From contig CAWGMQ010000006.1 of the NCBI GenBank assembly GCA_963823665.1, positions 928,001 through 992,000 of the forward strand: DNA of 64,000 bases, given 5' to 3'. A program made the translations under genes and the position numbers. The notes beneath the pieces are model-generated. The model was not told where the DNA came from and made no database searches. It saw nothing but the letters and a program-made list of their open reading frames with translations. This document shows, piece after piece, positions 9,658 to 19,814 of this stretch. Source of the DNA: an uncultured Planctomycetota bacterium (GTDB lineage: Bacteria > Planctomycetota > Planctomycetia > Isosphaerales > Isosphaeraceae). Position 1 is the stretch's first letter. Every line of letters begins with the position of its first letter.

Positions 9658-9951
9658 ATGATGCCAAGAGAGCATAGTCGTAGTGCCCGCATTGAGGCAC
9701 GGATCGCTCCGGAAGCTCTGGCCGTGGTCAAGCGCGCCGCTGAAATGCAAGGGCGCAGCATCAGTGATTTTGTGGTGGCCGCTGCCCAGGAAGCCGCGCA
9801 TAGGATGATTGAAGAGGCTCACGTCATCCGGTTATCGATCGAAGACCAGGAGCGATTCGTGGAGTTGTTACTCAATCCGCCGCCACTGTCGCCAGCGATG
9901 AAGCGGGCCAAAAAAGCGCATTCCCGGCTGATCCGGGAATCCCACGAATGA
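9658..9951 (+). CDS. DUF1778 / TacA-family RHH antitoxin
   Basis: RIEARI...KRAAEMQGRSISDFVVAAA...IRLS.EDQERF.ELLLNPP signature. Confidence 0.92.
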   Translation: MMPREHSRSARIEARIAPEALAVVKRAAEMQGRSISDFVVAAAQEAAHRMIEEAHVIRLSIEDQERFVELLLNPPPLSPAMKRAKKAHSRLIRESHE

Positions 9952-10206
9952 TCGGGCCGTTCCTGGTGGAGGCTGTCGGCTCCAGCCACGACCGGTCGAG
10001 TTTCTCCTGCGGCGTCCCGGTCCTTGACGCGTATTTCCAAAAGCAGGTCACACAGGACGTGCGTCGCCGCGTAACGGCGTGCTCTGGTGGTTGACGCCAA
10101 GGATGCCGAGGCGGAAGGCTTCTACCGTCACCATGGCTTCGTGTCTTTCGGCAGCCAGCCGAGGCAGCTCGTCATGCCGCTTACAAACGTGAAGATCAAG
10201 GAGTGA
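9948..10206 (+). pseudogene. GNAT toxin (TacT/AtaT-like) with central deletion
   Basis: ATGA overlap with the antitoxin. HDRSSFSCGVPVLDAYFQKQVTQDVRRRVTAC is joined out of frame near 10081 to ALVVDAKDAEAEGFYRHHGF. The acetyl-CoA-binding core is missing. Confidence 0.85.
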
Positions 10207-10402
10207 CTGGCCGTGGCAGCGCTGTGCCCGGGAAGGGTAGCGGACCCGCGCCCTCGCAAGTTCGACCGATCTTGAGTAAGCTTTCGAGAGCCCCGGCGCA
10301 TCAGAGACGAGGAGACTTCTTGATAGGCCTGACGTGCCTCGATGGGGCTGCGGAGGCCGCGAGAATCAGGGCGCCGGATCGGAATCACCCGGAGGTCCCC
10401 AC

Positions 10403-12335
10403 GATGATCCGCGCGAGCGGCCGTCCCTCTCTTGGTCCTCGCCGTGGCCACCGGGGCTATCTCCCTGGCCGTGGCCGTTACGCTCATATTCGGCGGTGTG
10501 CGTGCCGGAGCAGCCGCCCCTCAACTGCCTGCCGTGACCGTCGAGGCGGTCTATCCCGGGGCAACGGCCTCGGTCGCCGAAGAGAAGCTCGCCGCCCTGC
10601 TCGAGCAGCAGATCATGGGCGTCGAGCATCTGCGGTGGTTGCACTCGCGATGCGGCCGCGACGGCTCGTACCGGCTGGAGGTGACCTTCGACGCCGGCAC
10701 CGACATCGAGCTCGCCCAGCAACTCGTGCAGAATCGGGCCGGGCTCGCTCTGCCCGCGCTCCCCGCGGAAGTCCAGCGGCTCGGGGTCACGGTTCGAAAA
10801 CCGTCGCCCGGGCTGCTCATGCTCATCTGCCTCTCCTCGCGCGACGGCAGTTTCGGCGCCGTGGACCTGAACAACTATGCCAACATCATGCTGACGCCCG
10901 AGCTGGGTCGCGTACCGGGCGTATCTCAGGTGACCGTCCTCGGCGCGGAGGATTTCGGCGTGCGCATCCGGCTCGACCGGGACAAGCTGGCGGCCCGCAA
11001 ACTGACCGTCGAGGACGTGACGCGGGCGGTTGAATCGCAGGACCTTGACCTTGGGGCCAAGGTCGGTCGGCCGGCCGAACCCGGCGGAACATCCCACCTA
11101 CAGCCGAATGCGCGAGAGGGCGAGAGCCCGCTGGATCAGCTCGAGTCGATCGTGATCAAGACAGGCCCCGATGTTGGGGTGATTTGCTTGCGGGACGTGA
11201 CGACTTCCCGTGTGCGTTATGGTAGCGGTCTGGCGGGCTACGCGAGCCTCGACGGCAGGCCGGTCGCGGTGCTGGCGGTCTATCCGTTTGGCCCGTCGCC
11301 TCCGCGCGAGGTCAGCACCCGTGTTCGGGCGGCACTGGCGGAGCTGCGAAAGCTGTTCCCGCCCGGCGTTGAGGCGTCCACCGCCTTCGACTTCTCACAG
11401 CCGGAGACGGCCGAAACGCCGGGTTTCCTGGTGATCGACGTGAATCCGGGGGAAGGCGCCACAGCGGAATCGATCGCCGAGCTCCTGAGTCGAAGCGGGC
11501 AATCGGTGAGTGGCCTCGCAGGAGTTCGGAACGTGCTGGCGCTTGCAAAGCAGCCGTTCGATCGGGAGCGCGAGCAGCCCTGCCTGGTGGTGTGTCTCGG
11601 GCCGGCGAAGGGCGCGGCCGTCGACCGCGATCGGCTCGTCGGGGAGATCCGCGCGCTGTTCCCCCACGGCGAGAAGGCACCCGCCATCCGGATCCGCGAC
11701 CTCTCCGGGGCCGCTGGATCGCTGCGGTCCGGCTACCCCATCCACTTCGCGATCGTTGGACCGGATCGCGCCCTGCGCAAACGCTCGCCGGCGAACTGGT
11801 CACGCGGCTGTCGCAAGACCGGCGCTTGACCGATCTTTCGAGCGGCCCTCGGCAGGTGTCAGTTCCCTCGGTGGACATCGATCGGGCCAAGGCGGCGGCG
11901 ATGGGGGTGTCGCCGGCCGAGATATCAACGTGGATTCAGCCAGTATTCGGGCCGGCGCGGGCCGGCAGCCTCAATTGCTTCGGTCGAACCTTGCCGATCT
12001 GGGTGGAGGTCGACTTGGGGCGCGACATCGATATCAAAACGTTGGAATTGCTCAAGGTGCGCAACGACAAGGGCGGGATGGTGCCCTTCCGTTCGATTGC
12101 CACGATTCGCCAGGATCGTGCGCCCGACGGGCTCGAGCGGATTGATCTCCAGCCAGCGGTATCGATCACGGCGAGCCTCGCTGGGAAATTATCACTGGCC
12201 GAGGCGCGATTCGTCTGCGAGCGCCTGGCCGAGGAGGTGCTCCCGAAGGAGGGCACGTCGGACTATCGACTGGCCTGGCTGCGAGCGATGCCGGCTGCGC
12301 GGCGCCGGCCGGGCCGTAGGCGGCCGGGTGTCTGA
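10403..12335 (+). CDS. AcrB/RND-like protein with periplasmic domains only (frameshifts near 10428 and 11780)
   Basis: VTVEAVYPGATA, LEQQIMGVE, VQNR...LPAEVQRLGVTVRK, RVPGVSQV, VRIRLDRDKLAAR, VDIDRAKAAAMGVS, LKVRNDKGGMVPF. Only one hydrophobic helix, at the N-terminus. Confidence 0.75.
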
Positions 12336-12404
12336 GCGCCGGGAAGGTCTGACCCGCAGGACGGCGAACCCGCGGGGGGTATTCGGTAGCGGACACCTTT
12401 GTCC

Positions 12405-12845
12405 TCATTTGACCTCGTGGATCAAGTGGACCGTGATAATCGTAGGGTTGAGCCAGTCGAAATCGTGATCGCAGGTCAGAAGGTGCGCGTTGGTCGCTTT
12501 CGCCGTTGCTGCGATCCAGAGGTCGTTGTCCTTCGTGTTGTGCCCGCCTTGGAGGTCGAAGACGGTCAGGTCTGCGTAGGCGTCGACGATCTCGGGAATT
12601 CCTGCATCGAGCCGAACGACTTCGCCCAGCAATCTAGTGAGTTCAGCCATCCGAGCAGCGCCCCAGTTCCGCTGGCGAGAGAACCCGAGGATTTCGCCTT
12701 CGGTGATGGTGGAGATCAGCGGGCGGTCTGCCCGTGCCGTGAGCGCGAAGTGGTTTTCGATCAAGGCACCCGTCGGATCCCGCCTCGCGAGGTGAACCAG
12801 AACACTCGTGTCGAGCAGCACAAGCACATGGCTGGGGAGCATCAC
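12405..12845 (-). CDS. PIN-domain (VapC-like) ribonuclease
   Basis: LLDTSVL, ISTITEGEI, NDLWIAATA and LLTCDHDF conserved acidic PIN motifs. Confidence 0.92.
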   Translation of the reverse strand: MMLPSHVLVLLDTSVLVHLARRDPTGALIENHFALTARADRPLISTITEGEILGFSRQRNWGAARMAELTRLLGEVVRLDAGIPEIVDAYADLTVFDLQGGHNTKDNDLWIAATAKATNAHLLTCDHDFDWLNPTIITVHLIHEVK

Positions 12846-13786
12846 GAGGTGCGCTCCAGCCAGGCAGCGATTTCGTCGTCGGTCTCATCGCCGGGCCAGC
12901 GTCCTATGATCGCCGAGACGCCTGATCTCGGTCCCTGCTGGATGTGGAGCGATGACGGATCGAAACTCCGGGTTCGCGGCGGCGGTATGCGGGACCAAAG
13001 AGACGGTTCGCTCGCGCCCGCCTTGACCTCGTCGGCGTCAATCCGTAGCAGTCGCCCAGACGCCTTGTAGACCGCTCGCCCCAGAACCAGAACTCTGCGG
13101 TTGAGCTGAGCGGCGGCATCGACGATGCTGCCCGACACCAGGACGCCCCGCACCTCCTGTCCATCGTCGAGCCGAAGAGTGAAACTCTGAGTGCTCGCGC
13201 GGACCATGTCGAGTGTGCCCACGAGACGAACTCGTTGCGGGAGTGGACTGGTTGCTTGAAACTCCTCTGCCGACTGTAGCACTTGCGGGTTGATAACCGC
13301 CGACGGCATGCCGGGTCGGGTCGTGTCGAGTCGGAGGTCACGAAACGTCCCGTCGAACAGGTCTTTGAGGCGGACGAATCGGTGGAGCAGGCTCTTATCG
13401 AAGCGGTCGCTGTCCTCGTTATGTTCGGCGACATCTCGCACGACGTCGCCGAACAGATCAAGCCCGGTCAAGCCCGCATCAGGACGGGACGACCAGAAGT
13501 CCTGGTGCTGGTAGAGCTCCGCCGCGGCTTCACCCAGGGTTGGCGCCTCGAAGTAGAGAATCGAAGCGTCGTCGCCTTGGTGGTCAACGAACCGAAGATC
13601 GGCGGCTGCTTTCAACCAACGGGGACGCGGACCAGCAACGCTGCTGCGCCCTCGGAACGCCATCGACACCGATTGCCGAACGACAGCAGGAATAACCGTG
13701 AGCGTAAGGCCGAGCGCCTGGGGAGGTAGCCGGCGCCCATAATGCTGGTCGCTAGTCAGTGTGATCGTCTGGGTCACATGGCTCAT
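12842..13786 (-). CDS. Hypothetical ~314-aa protein translationally coupled to the PIN gene
   Basis: AAGGAG RBS before ATG 13786; 4-bp overlap with the PIN gene; acidic tail GRWPGDETDDEIAAWL. Confidence 0.8.
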   Translation of the reverse strand: MSHVTQTITLTSDQHYGRRLPPQALGLTLTVIPAVVRQSVSMAFRGRSSVAGPRPRWLKAAADLRFVDHQGDDASILYFEAPTLGEAAAELYQHQDFWSSRPDAGLTGLDLFGDVVRDVAEHNEDSDRFDKSLLHRFVRLKDLFDGTFRDLRLDTTRPGMPSAVINPQVLQSAEEFQATSPLPQRVRLVGTLDMVRASTQSFTLRLDDGQEVRGVLVSGSIVDAAAQLNRRVLVLGRAVYKASGRLLRIDADEVKAGASEPSLWSRIPPPRTRSFDPSSLHIQQGPRSGVSAIIGRWPGDETDDEIAAWLERTS

Positions 13787-14314
13787 CGACTGGCTCCTTG
13801 GACGTCGCTGTCGTCCGGGCGGAAATGGGGCGGCAGGGCTGGCATCATAATACGCCAACGCCGAGCGCGCTGGGCGTCGATGTGTGCATTATACACGCTG
13901 AGAGTGTGGATTCGCATCTCGGTGCGTTAGACGTAACTCGGCGCCGGTGAGTTCGGAGGGGTGGTCGGATGTGTGCCGCTCACGACTGGCGAGTGATATT
14001 GCATACTCGCAGAAGCAACCCAATCTGGGGCGATTCGGGGAGCGGCAGGACGGCGCGTTGATCGGGGTCGGGATCGGTTTTCTCTGCGCGTCGCTTCACC
14101 GAAAGCGATTTTTCGGTTCCTGACACCTTATTCGGTTCCGTTGCAGGCCCAGTTCCCGCACTGCATAATGCTGAACTAGGGAACACATGGGCAGCGTGAC
14201 GTACCTCGCATGGTTCCGAGGCCCGCGTATGACGAGGCTTCGTGGCCGGCGATGGTAAAACATCGCGCGGACCATCGCAGCGCGGATTTTTGGTGTGATC
14301 GCGTGAGTGCACAT

Positions 14315-14334
14315 TATAGTTTGTGAGTACTCAC
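14315..14334 (+). promoter_or_regulatory. TATAGT -10-like box followed by perfect 12-bp palindrome GTGAGTACTCAC
   Basis: Palindrome at 14323-14334, directly before ATG 14337 of the CHAT gene. Confidence 0.4.
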
Positions 14335-14336
14335 TC

Positions 14337-16121
14337 ATGTTCGCAATTAATGACGACGGCAGCTTCGTATTGCCTGCTGGTGCAGGTCAAGATTTCACGA
14401 AATTCCTCGAACAGAATGGCGTGGCGTGCGTCGGTGCCGGACAGGTCCGTACCCCATTTGATCCCGCAATCGTCCAGAAGCTGTATCTTGAGTGGGTCAA
14501 GCGGCGACAGCGACGTACTAGACGACGGATCATTATAACACTACTTTGTGTTGTAGGATTGGTCGTCGTGGTATGCACGATCGTCGTGGTCTGGCCGAAC
14601 CGGTCTGAACATGAATGGCGGGTCCGGGAGCCTACTTCGGAAGAACAGGTGCCCGGGGCGGATCCCCGCGACATTCTCGTTACCATGGGGTCTCCGCCGC
14701 CGCAGGCCCAGTTGGACACCGAGTGGAACCATGCCTTGCGCTTCCCAGCCGACCCGGAAGACGGCGCACCCCGGAACGTTGTCAAGAAGAGAGCCGAGCT
14801 GATACCCGTGCCGTCCGTGGTGATGGAGGTTGACCGCATCCTTGCGTCATTGGCTTTAGGAAACATCGCATACAACACCCCTTCTTCCATGCGTTGTGAT
14901 GAGAAGACCAAGATTCAGCTCCTTCTTTCACCGCGAACAGCTATTGAGGAGTTGAAGCAGAAGATCAGTGGTCTAGGTGAGAAAGTGGGTGAACAGATCC
15001 GAGTGGCTGATGTGATGGAAGCCGGTCTCTACGGCAAAGCTTTTGAAACGCACGCTCTCAGGCCAGAGCGGCAAGCGGTCAGTGGAGCTGACGATACCGA
15101 ATGGCAGTGGGAGATCGTGGCAAGAGAACCTGGGAATCAGGAACTTCATCTCGTCATTTCGGCTGTCTTGACCGTGAATGGCCGTGAGGGTTCCAAAGTG
15201 CTCAAGGTTTATCATCGAACCATTGATGTGCATGTGACAGCATCACACTTGACCAGAACTCTCGTGGCAACTCCCTGGTCATGGTTTTTTGCGACGATAG
15301 GAGCAATTGGGGCACTGGTGCTCGCGAGGTCAGTCGGATGGCGGCGGTCGCGTGGAGATCGACGATTCCAGAATGTCGTCGCAACCGAGGTACTCGTGGG
15401 GAAGATCAAGGTCCTGCTATTCGCCGCCAACCCGCGTGGGAGCGATCCGCTCGACCTCAATAGAGAATTTCGAGAAATCGACCAGGAAATCCGTTTTGGA
15501 AAGTACCGCGACGCACTGGAGCTCGTCATCGTTCCGGGAACCCGGCTGGTCGATCTTCTCCGTAAGCTCAACGAGGTTCATCCGAACATCGTCCACTTCA
15601 GCGGCCACGGCAACATCGATGAAGAGATCATTCTTGAGAGTGGGCAAGCAGACCTGGCAGGTCCGGAGAGCGAGAGGCGGTGGCCGGCTCGTGATATGCG
15701 GCGTTTGCAACCAGAGGATGACGCCGGCGGGGCCACCGCTCCAATGCCACTGAGCAAATCCGCGCTGGTTGACGTGCTCAAGGCTTGCAGCGACGAGAAC
15801 ATCCGCGTTGTCGTGCTCAACGCTTGTCACACGCGTCCGCAGGCCGAGGCGCTCTCGGAGGCCATTGACTGCGTGATCAGCATGAACGGGGCGATCAGCG
15901 ACGTGACGGCGATCAAATTCGCCTCCTCGTTCTATGGCGCCCTCGCATTCGGCCGTTCGGTCAAGAAAGCCTTCGACCAAGGCTTGGCTCGGCTGAAGGC
16001 CGAGGGCATCTCGGAGAGCCAGACTCCCGAACTGATCGTCCGCGCGGGGCTGGACTCCTCGGCGCTTGTTCTCGTCGGCCCCCGTGGCGGGCCCGAACCC
16101 AACAAACGTGTCACGAAGTGA
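14337..16121 (+). CDS. Two-TM membrane protein with C-terminal CHAT (caspase-like) domain
   Basis: TM1 IIITLLCVVGLVVVVCTIVVVW and TM2 WSWFFATIGAIGALVLA. CHAT motifs KVLLFAANP, IVHFSGHG, VVLNACH, FASSFYGAL. Confidence 0.88.
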   Translation: MFAINDDGSFVLPAGAGQDFTKFLEQNGVACVGAGQVRTPFDPAIVQKLYLEWVKRRQRRTRRRIIITLLCVVGLVVVVCTIVVVWPNRSEHEWRVREPTSEEQVPGADPRDILVTMGSPPPQAQLDTEWNHALRFPADPEDGAPRNVVKKRAELIPVPSVVMEVDRILASLALGNIAYNTPSSMRCDEKTKIQLLLSPRTAIEELKQKISGLGEKVGEQIRVADVMEAGLYGKAFETHALRPERQAVSGADDTEWQWEIVAREPGNQELHLVISAVLTVNGREGSKVLKVYHRTIDVHVTASHLTRTLVATPWSWFFATIGAIGALVLARSVGWRRSRGDRRFQNVVATEVLVGKIKVLLFAANPRGSDPLDLNREFREIDQEIRFGKYRDALELVIVPGTRLVDLLRKLNEVHPNIVHFSGHGNIDEEIILESGQADLAGPESERRWPARDMRRLQPEDDAGGATAPMPLSKSALVDVLKACSDENIRVVVLNACHTRPQAEALSEAIDCVISMNGAISDVTAIKFASSFYGALAFGRSVKKAFDQGLARLKAEGISESQTPELIVRAGLDSSALVLVGPRGGPEPNKRVTK

Positions 16122-16488
16122 AATATAGGCGGACCGCGGATCCCACACAGGCGCTCAAACCGAACGCGGCCTCTTCTCCTCCGCCTGCTCGAGTCGCGGT
16201 CGAGCTGATGAAGGAACAGGCCGGGGGACGATCGGGCGGATCAATGAGCGATCCCTCTCAAGCTGAACTGCGGCGAGGCCGTGCATCCGGTTTCTGTCTC
16301 CGAATGATGGCACGGTCGGGTAAATCACGCGGGTGTTTTCGTTATCGCTCCGTTGGCTTGGCGTCTTTATCCCAGAAAAACCAGTTCCATATGCTGCGAC
16401 GGGTTTCTGAGCTCCGGAGGGATTCTCAAAAATCGCGAATGGCTCGAACGCGCCAGCGTCGGGCGCTGTTCTTTGTGACGAAATCCTT

Positions 16489-16594
16489 AAACCACGGAAC
16501 TCACGGAATGACACGGAAGTCGAGCAACGATTCGACGCCTAGGAGAACTGATGACACATTGGTTTCCGTGTGGTGCCGTGCAATCCGTCGTTCA
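16489..16594. repeat. Inverted pair of triple 9-mer REP-like elements
   Basis: AACCACGGAACTCACGGAATGACACGGAA (16489-16519) with its imperfect reverse complement at 16564-16594. Confidence 0.65.
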
Positions 16595-16820
16595 GTGAAT
16601 TATCGCGGCTCGTGCTTCAAGTTTGGGCGCGTCGGTTCCTGACTCCTTATGGGGTTCATGCTCCAAGTATAGGCGGATCGGTTCCTGACACCTTTTCCGG
16701 TCTGACACCTTTTCCGGTCCGGACGGAATGAGGATTCTTGCTGGGATATGCAAAAGCCCCCATGCTAGCCCCTGGCGTGAGGCGGATGGACGCCTTATTA
16801 TCGGATTCGGAGAGTTCGCC

Positions 16821-17105
16821 ATGCCACGAGCGACTCAGTTCACCATCGGCTGGGGCATGATCGCGATTGCGATCATTGGGTACTTCTGTGCCTTCCCCGA
16901 ACTGGCCGTTCTTCTCGGGATCTTCGTGGCTGCGATTCTGTTTGTGTCGCCGGTCTTCGTGGCGGCTTATTTCACGCTTCGGTTCTTGCTCGGGGGCACC
17001 CCGAGAAATGGAAACTTCTCCTCAATTCGAGACACGGCTTCGGCTTCGAGTGCGTCTACCGAAGGCTCCGAAACGCCGTGCCGCTGGCAGATCTCGGCGA
17101 TGTAG
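16821..17105 (+). CDS. Small membrane protein
   Basis: GGAGAG RBS; MPRATQFTIGWGMIAIAIIG leader; 2 TM segments. Confidence 0.65.
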   Translation: MPRATQFTIGWGMIAIAIIGYFCAFPELAVLLGIFVAAILFVSPVFVAAYFTLRFLLGGTPRNGNFSSIRDTASASSASTEGSETPCRWQISAM

Positions 17106-18282
17106 TCGCGCGGCTATTCGGTGGGGGTGTTGAGGTGGGGATGTTGAGTGCCAAGGGCTGAAGCCCGTGGCTATTGACCGAGGCCCCGTTGGGGCCGATT
17201 GAAACGCTCCGCGTGTGCGAGCGAACGAGAAGATTCACTTTCGCGGAGCGAAAGGCAACTCTGAAGATTCTGCCGCCGTGCGCGTGATAGGTGGCGACTC
17301 GATCGCATTGAAGGGGGCGATCTATCGATCGGATGACCGCGTGTGCGTTTTCATTCGACCGCGTGTTCACAATTAACAAAGAAAGCGCGCAAAGCCGCGG
17401 CTCCTGAGGTTGCAGCCGCTTCGGTTGAGTGATTGCACTTTTTTTGGACGCTTTTGTTGCCGATCGCTGAAACTGGACACATCTTATACATAGGGCAGAG
17501 TCTGCGAACGCGCGCTGCTGGCGCGACGGCTCCCCTTTGCTTTCGTACCTTCTCGTCGATCTCCACTCGCCCTGAGAACAGCGGTGAAATTCACGCACCG
17601 AGTGCAATCCAATGCAAACTACCGCGATGTGCAATGAGCTGAGACCAAAACCGAAACGCGGCCAGGCCTGGCCGTTGCGCAAGACGGCTCTGTCGCCCTG
17701 GCGGCTTTGCCGTGTCGTCGGTTGAGCGCATGGTTCGCTTCCCCGGACCGTGAACCGGGACGAAGGCGAGGCTCTTCAGTTTTGTGCTATCAAAAGATAT
17801 CATTTTTCGCCCGGGAAAGAAGCTGGTGGATCGACCGAAGCCCTTTTTGAATATGTACTTGCGGAGGGCCATGGACCCGCGTTGGCTAGGTGGAGCGCGA
17901 CGCAAGCCGCGCAGTGGCGATTCTGGGTCAACGCGCCGTGCTCGCGGCCGGCGTTTCTGCTTCGAATTCGGCCCGTGGCTCGCCAGTTCGACCGAGCGAG
18001 TGCGTTCCCGTAGTCCTTGTCGCGTAAGGACGCGCGACGAATGTACAAAACGAAGTGGTGGGTCAGGATGGACGGCGGCGTGTGCCTGCTACACCAGAGC
18101 ACTGGCCGGCTGGTTGGCGCGAACGGACGCGCATGCAGCGAACCATTTCTACCGCGTTCCCTCTCTACTTCCGTGGCCGCCACGGCACTCGCGAGCGCGC
18201 GGCTTGCCCGTGCAGCTCCAGCCTGTTAACGTACAATTCTGCGAATCGTTGGAACTGCAAATGCAGCCGGAACTTCCCGTTC

Positions 18283-19789
18283 ATGAGCCGTTACCGTCCG
18301 TCGCTTGAAGAGTTTCTTCCGTTAGCCGGATCGGCGCCGTGCATTCCGGTGTGGCGGCAGTTGACGGGCGATGGTCTAACGCCGGTCTCGGCGTTTCGTT
18401 TGATCGATCGCGGGCGGTTTTCCTTTCTGTTTGAAAGTGTCGTCGGCGGTGAGAAAGTCGGGCGGTTCAGCTTTCTCGGGACCGAGCCGTTCCTGCGGTT
18501 CGAGGCTCGCGGTGAGGATGCCGTGATCGAGACTGCCGACGACGCGATCGCGCCGCGGCGGTTCAAGTCGGCGGATCCCTTTCGCGTGCTCGAGCAGCTC
18601 GTCGCGAAATACCGGACCGTTCCCTTGAAAGGTCTGCCGCGGTTTGTGAGCGGGGCCGTTGGGTTCGCGTCGTACGACGCGGTGCGGTACACCGAGAAGC
18701 TGCCGGACGTTCCGCCGGATGACCGGGGTATTCCGGACCTTTCCTTTGCACTCTACGACCGGATGCTGTTGTTCGACCATATTCGCAAGACGGTGCTGGC
18801 GGTTGCGCTCGCGCACGTGGGCCCTGACGCGGACACGAAGGCGGCGTATGCGCAAGCCTGCGAGCGGCTCGACGAGCTTGTGGGGCGGCTCTCCGGGCCG
18901 GCGCCGGACCTGGGTTTGAGCGATATCGACACGGAGTCGCCTCTGTCACTTCAGCCGCGATCGAATTTCACGAAGGCGGAGTATGAGGCCGTGGTGCGCC
19001 GGTGCCAGGAATTCATCAAGGCCGGTGACATCTTCCAGGTGGTTCCCAGCCAGCGTTTCGCGGTCGAGACTCATGCCGATCCGTTCGACATTTACCGTGT
19101 GTTGCGGGTGGTCAATCCCAGCCCGTTCCTGTTTTACCTGCCGTATGAGAGTTTCTCGCTGATCGGCTGCTCGCCGGAGATCCTGGTGCGTGTCGAGGAC
19201 GGGCTGGTGACGATCCGCCCGCTGGCGGGCACGCGGCGGCGCGGCGTCGATTCAGCCGAGGACGAGGCGCTCGCGGAAGAGCTGCTGGCCGATCCCAAGG
19301 AGCGGGCCGAGCACATCATGCTGGTGGACCTGGGCCGCAACGACGTGGGCCGGGTCGCGGACTATCAAACCGTCGAGCTTTCGGATGTCATGAAAGTGGA
19401 GAGGTATTCGCATGTGATGCACATCACATCGAACGTGACGGGAAAGCTGCGCAAGGGGCAGACGGCCTTTGACGCCCTGCGGGCCGGGCTTGCCCGCCGG
19501 CACGGTCTCGGGTGCGCCGAAGGTCCGCGCGATGCAGATCATCGACATGGTCGAGCGCCAGAAGCGCGGGCCTTACGGAGGGGCCGTTGGATACATCGAC
19601 TTCACCGGAAACATGGATACGTGCATCGCGCTGCGGACGCTGGTGCTTCAAGGGCAAACGGCGTATATCCAGGCGGGAGGAGGGGTGGTTTACGACAGCG
19701 ACCCGTCCGCCGAGTACGAGGAGACAGTCAGCAAGGCGCGCGGGTTGCTGAAGGCGATCGAGATCGCCGAGAGAGAGCTGCACCGCTAG
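18283..19789 (+). CDS. trpE: Anthranilate synthase component I (frameshift near 19490)
   Basis: [54 protein letters not shown], then [14 protein letters not shown]...[10 protein letters not shown] in the next frame. Confidence 0.95.
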
Positions 19790-19814
19790 AGGCATTCCAT
19801 TCCCAAGTTGCTCC

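Noticed and set aside
9304..9822. 173-aa N-terminal extension of the DHOR ORF given in the ORF track
   Set aside because: It overlaps the antitoxin gene and its promoter on the other strand; the TM leader starts at Met 9303.
16118..18280. Several ORFs of 100-200 aa between CHAT and trpE
   Set aside because: They run through REP-like elements and lack recognisable motifs; only 16821-17105 was kept.
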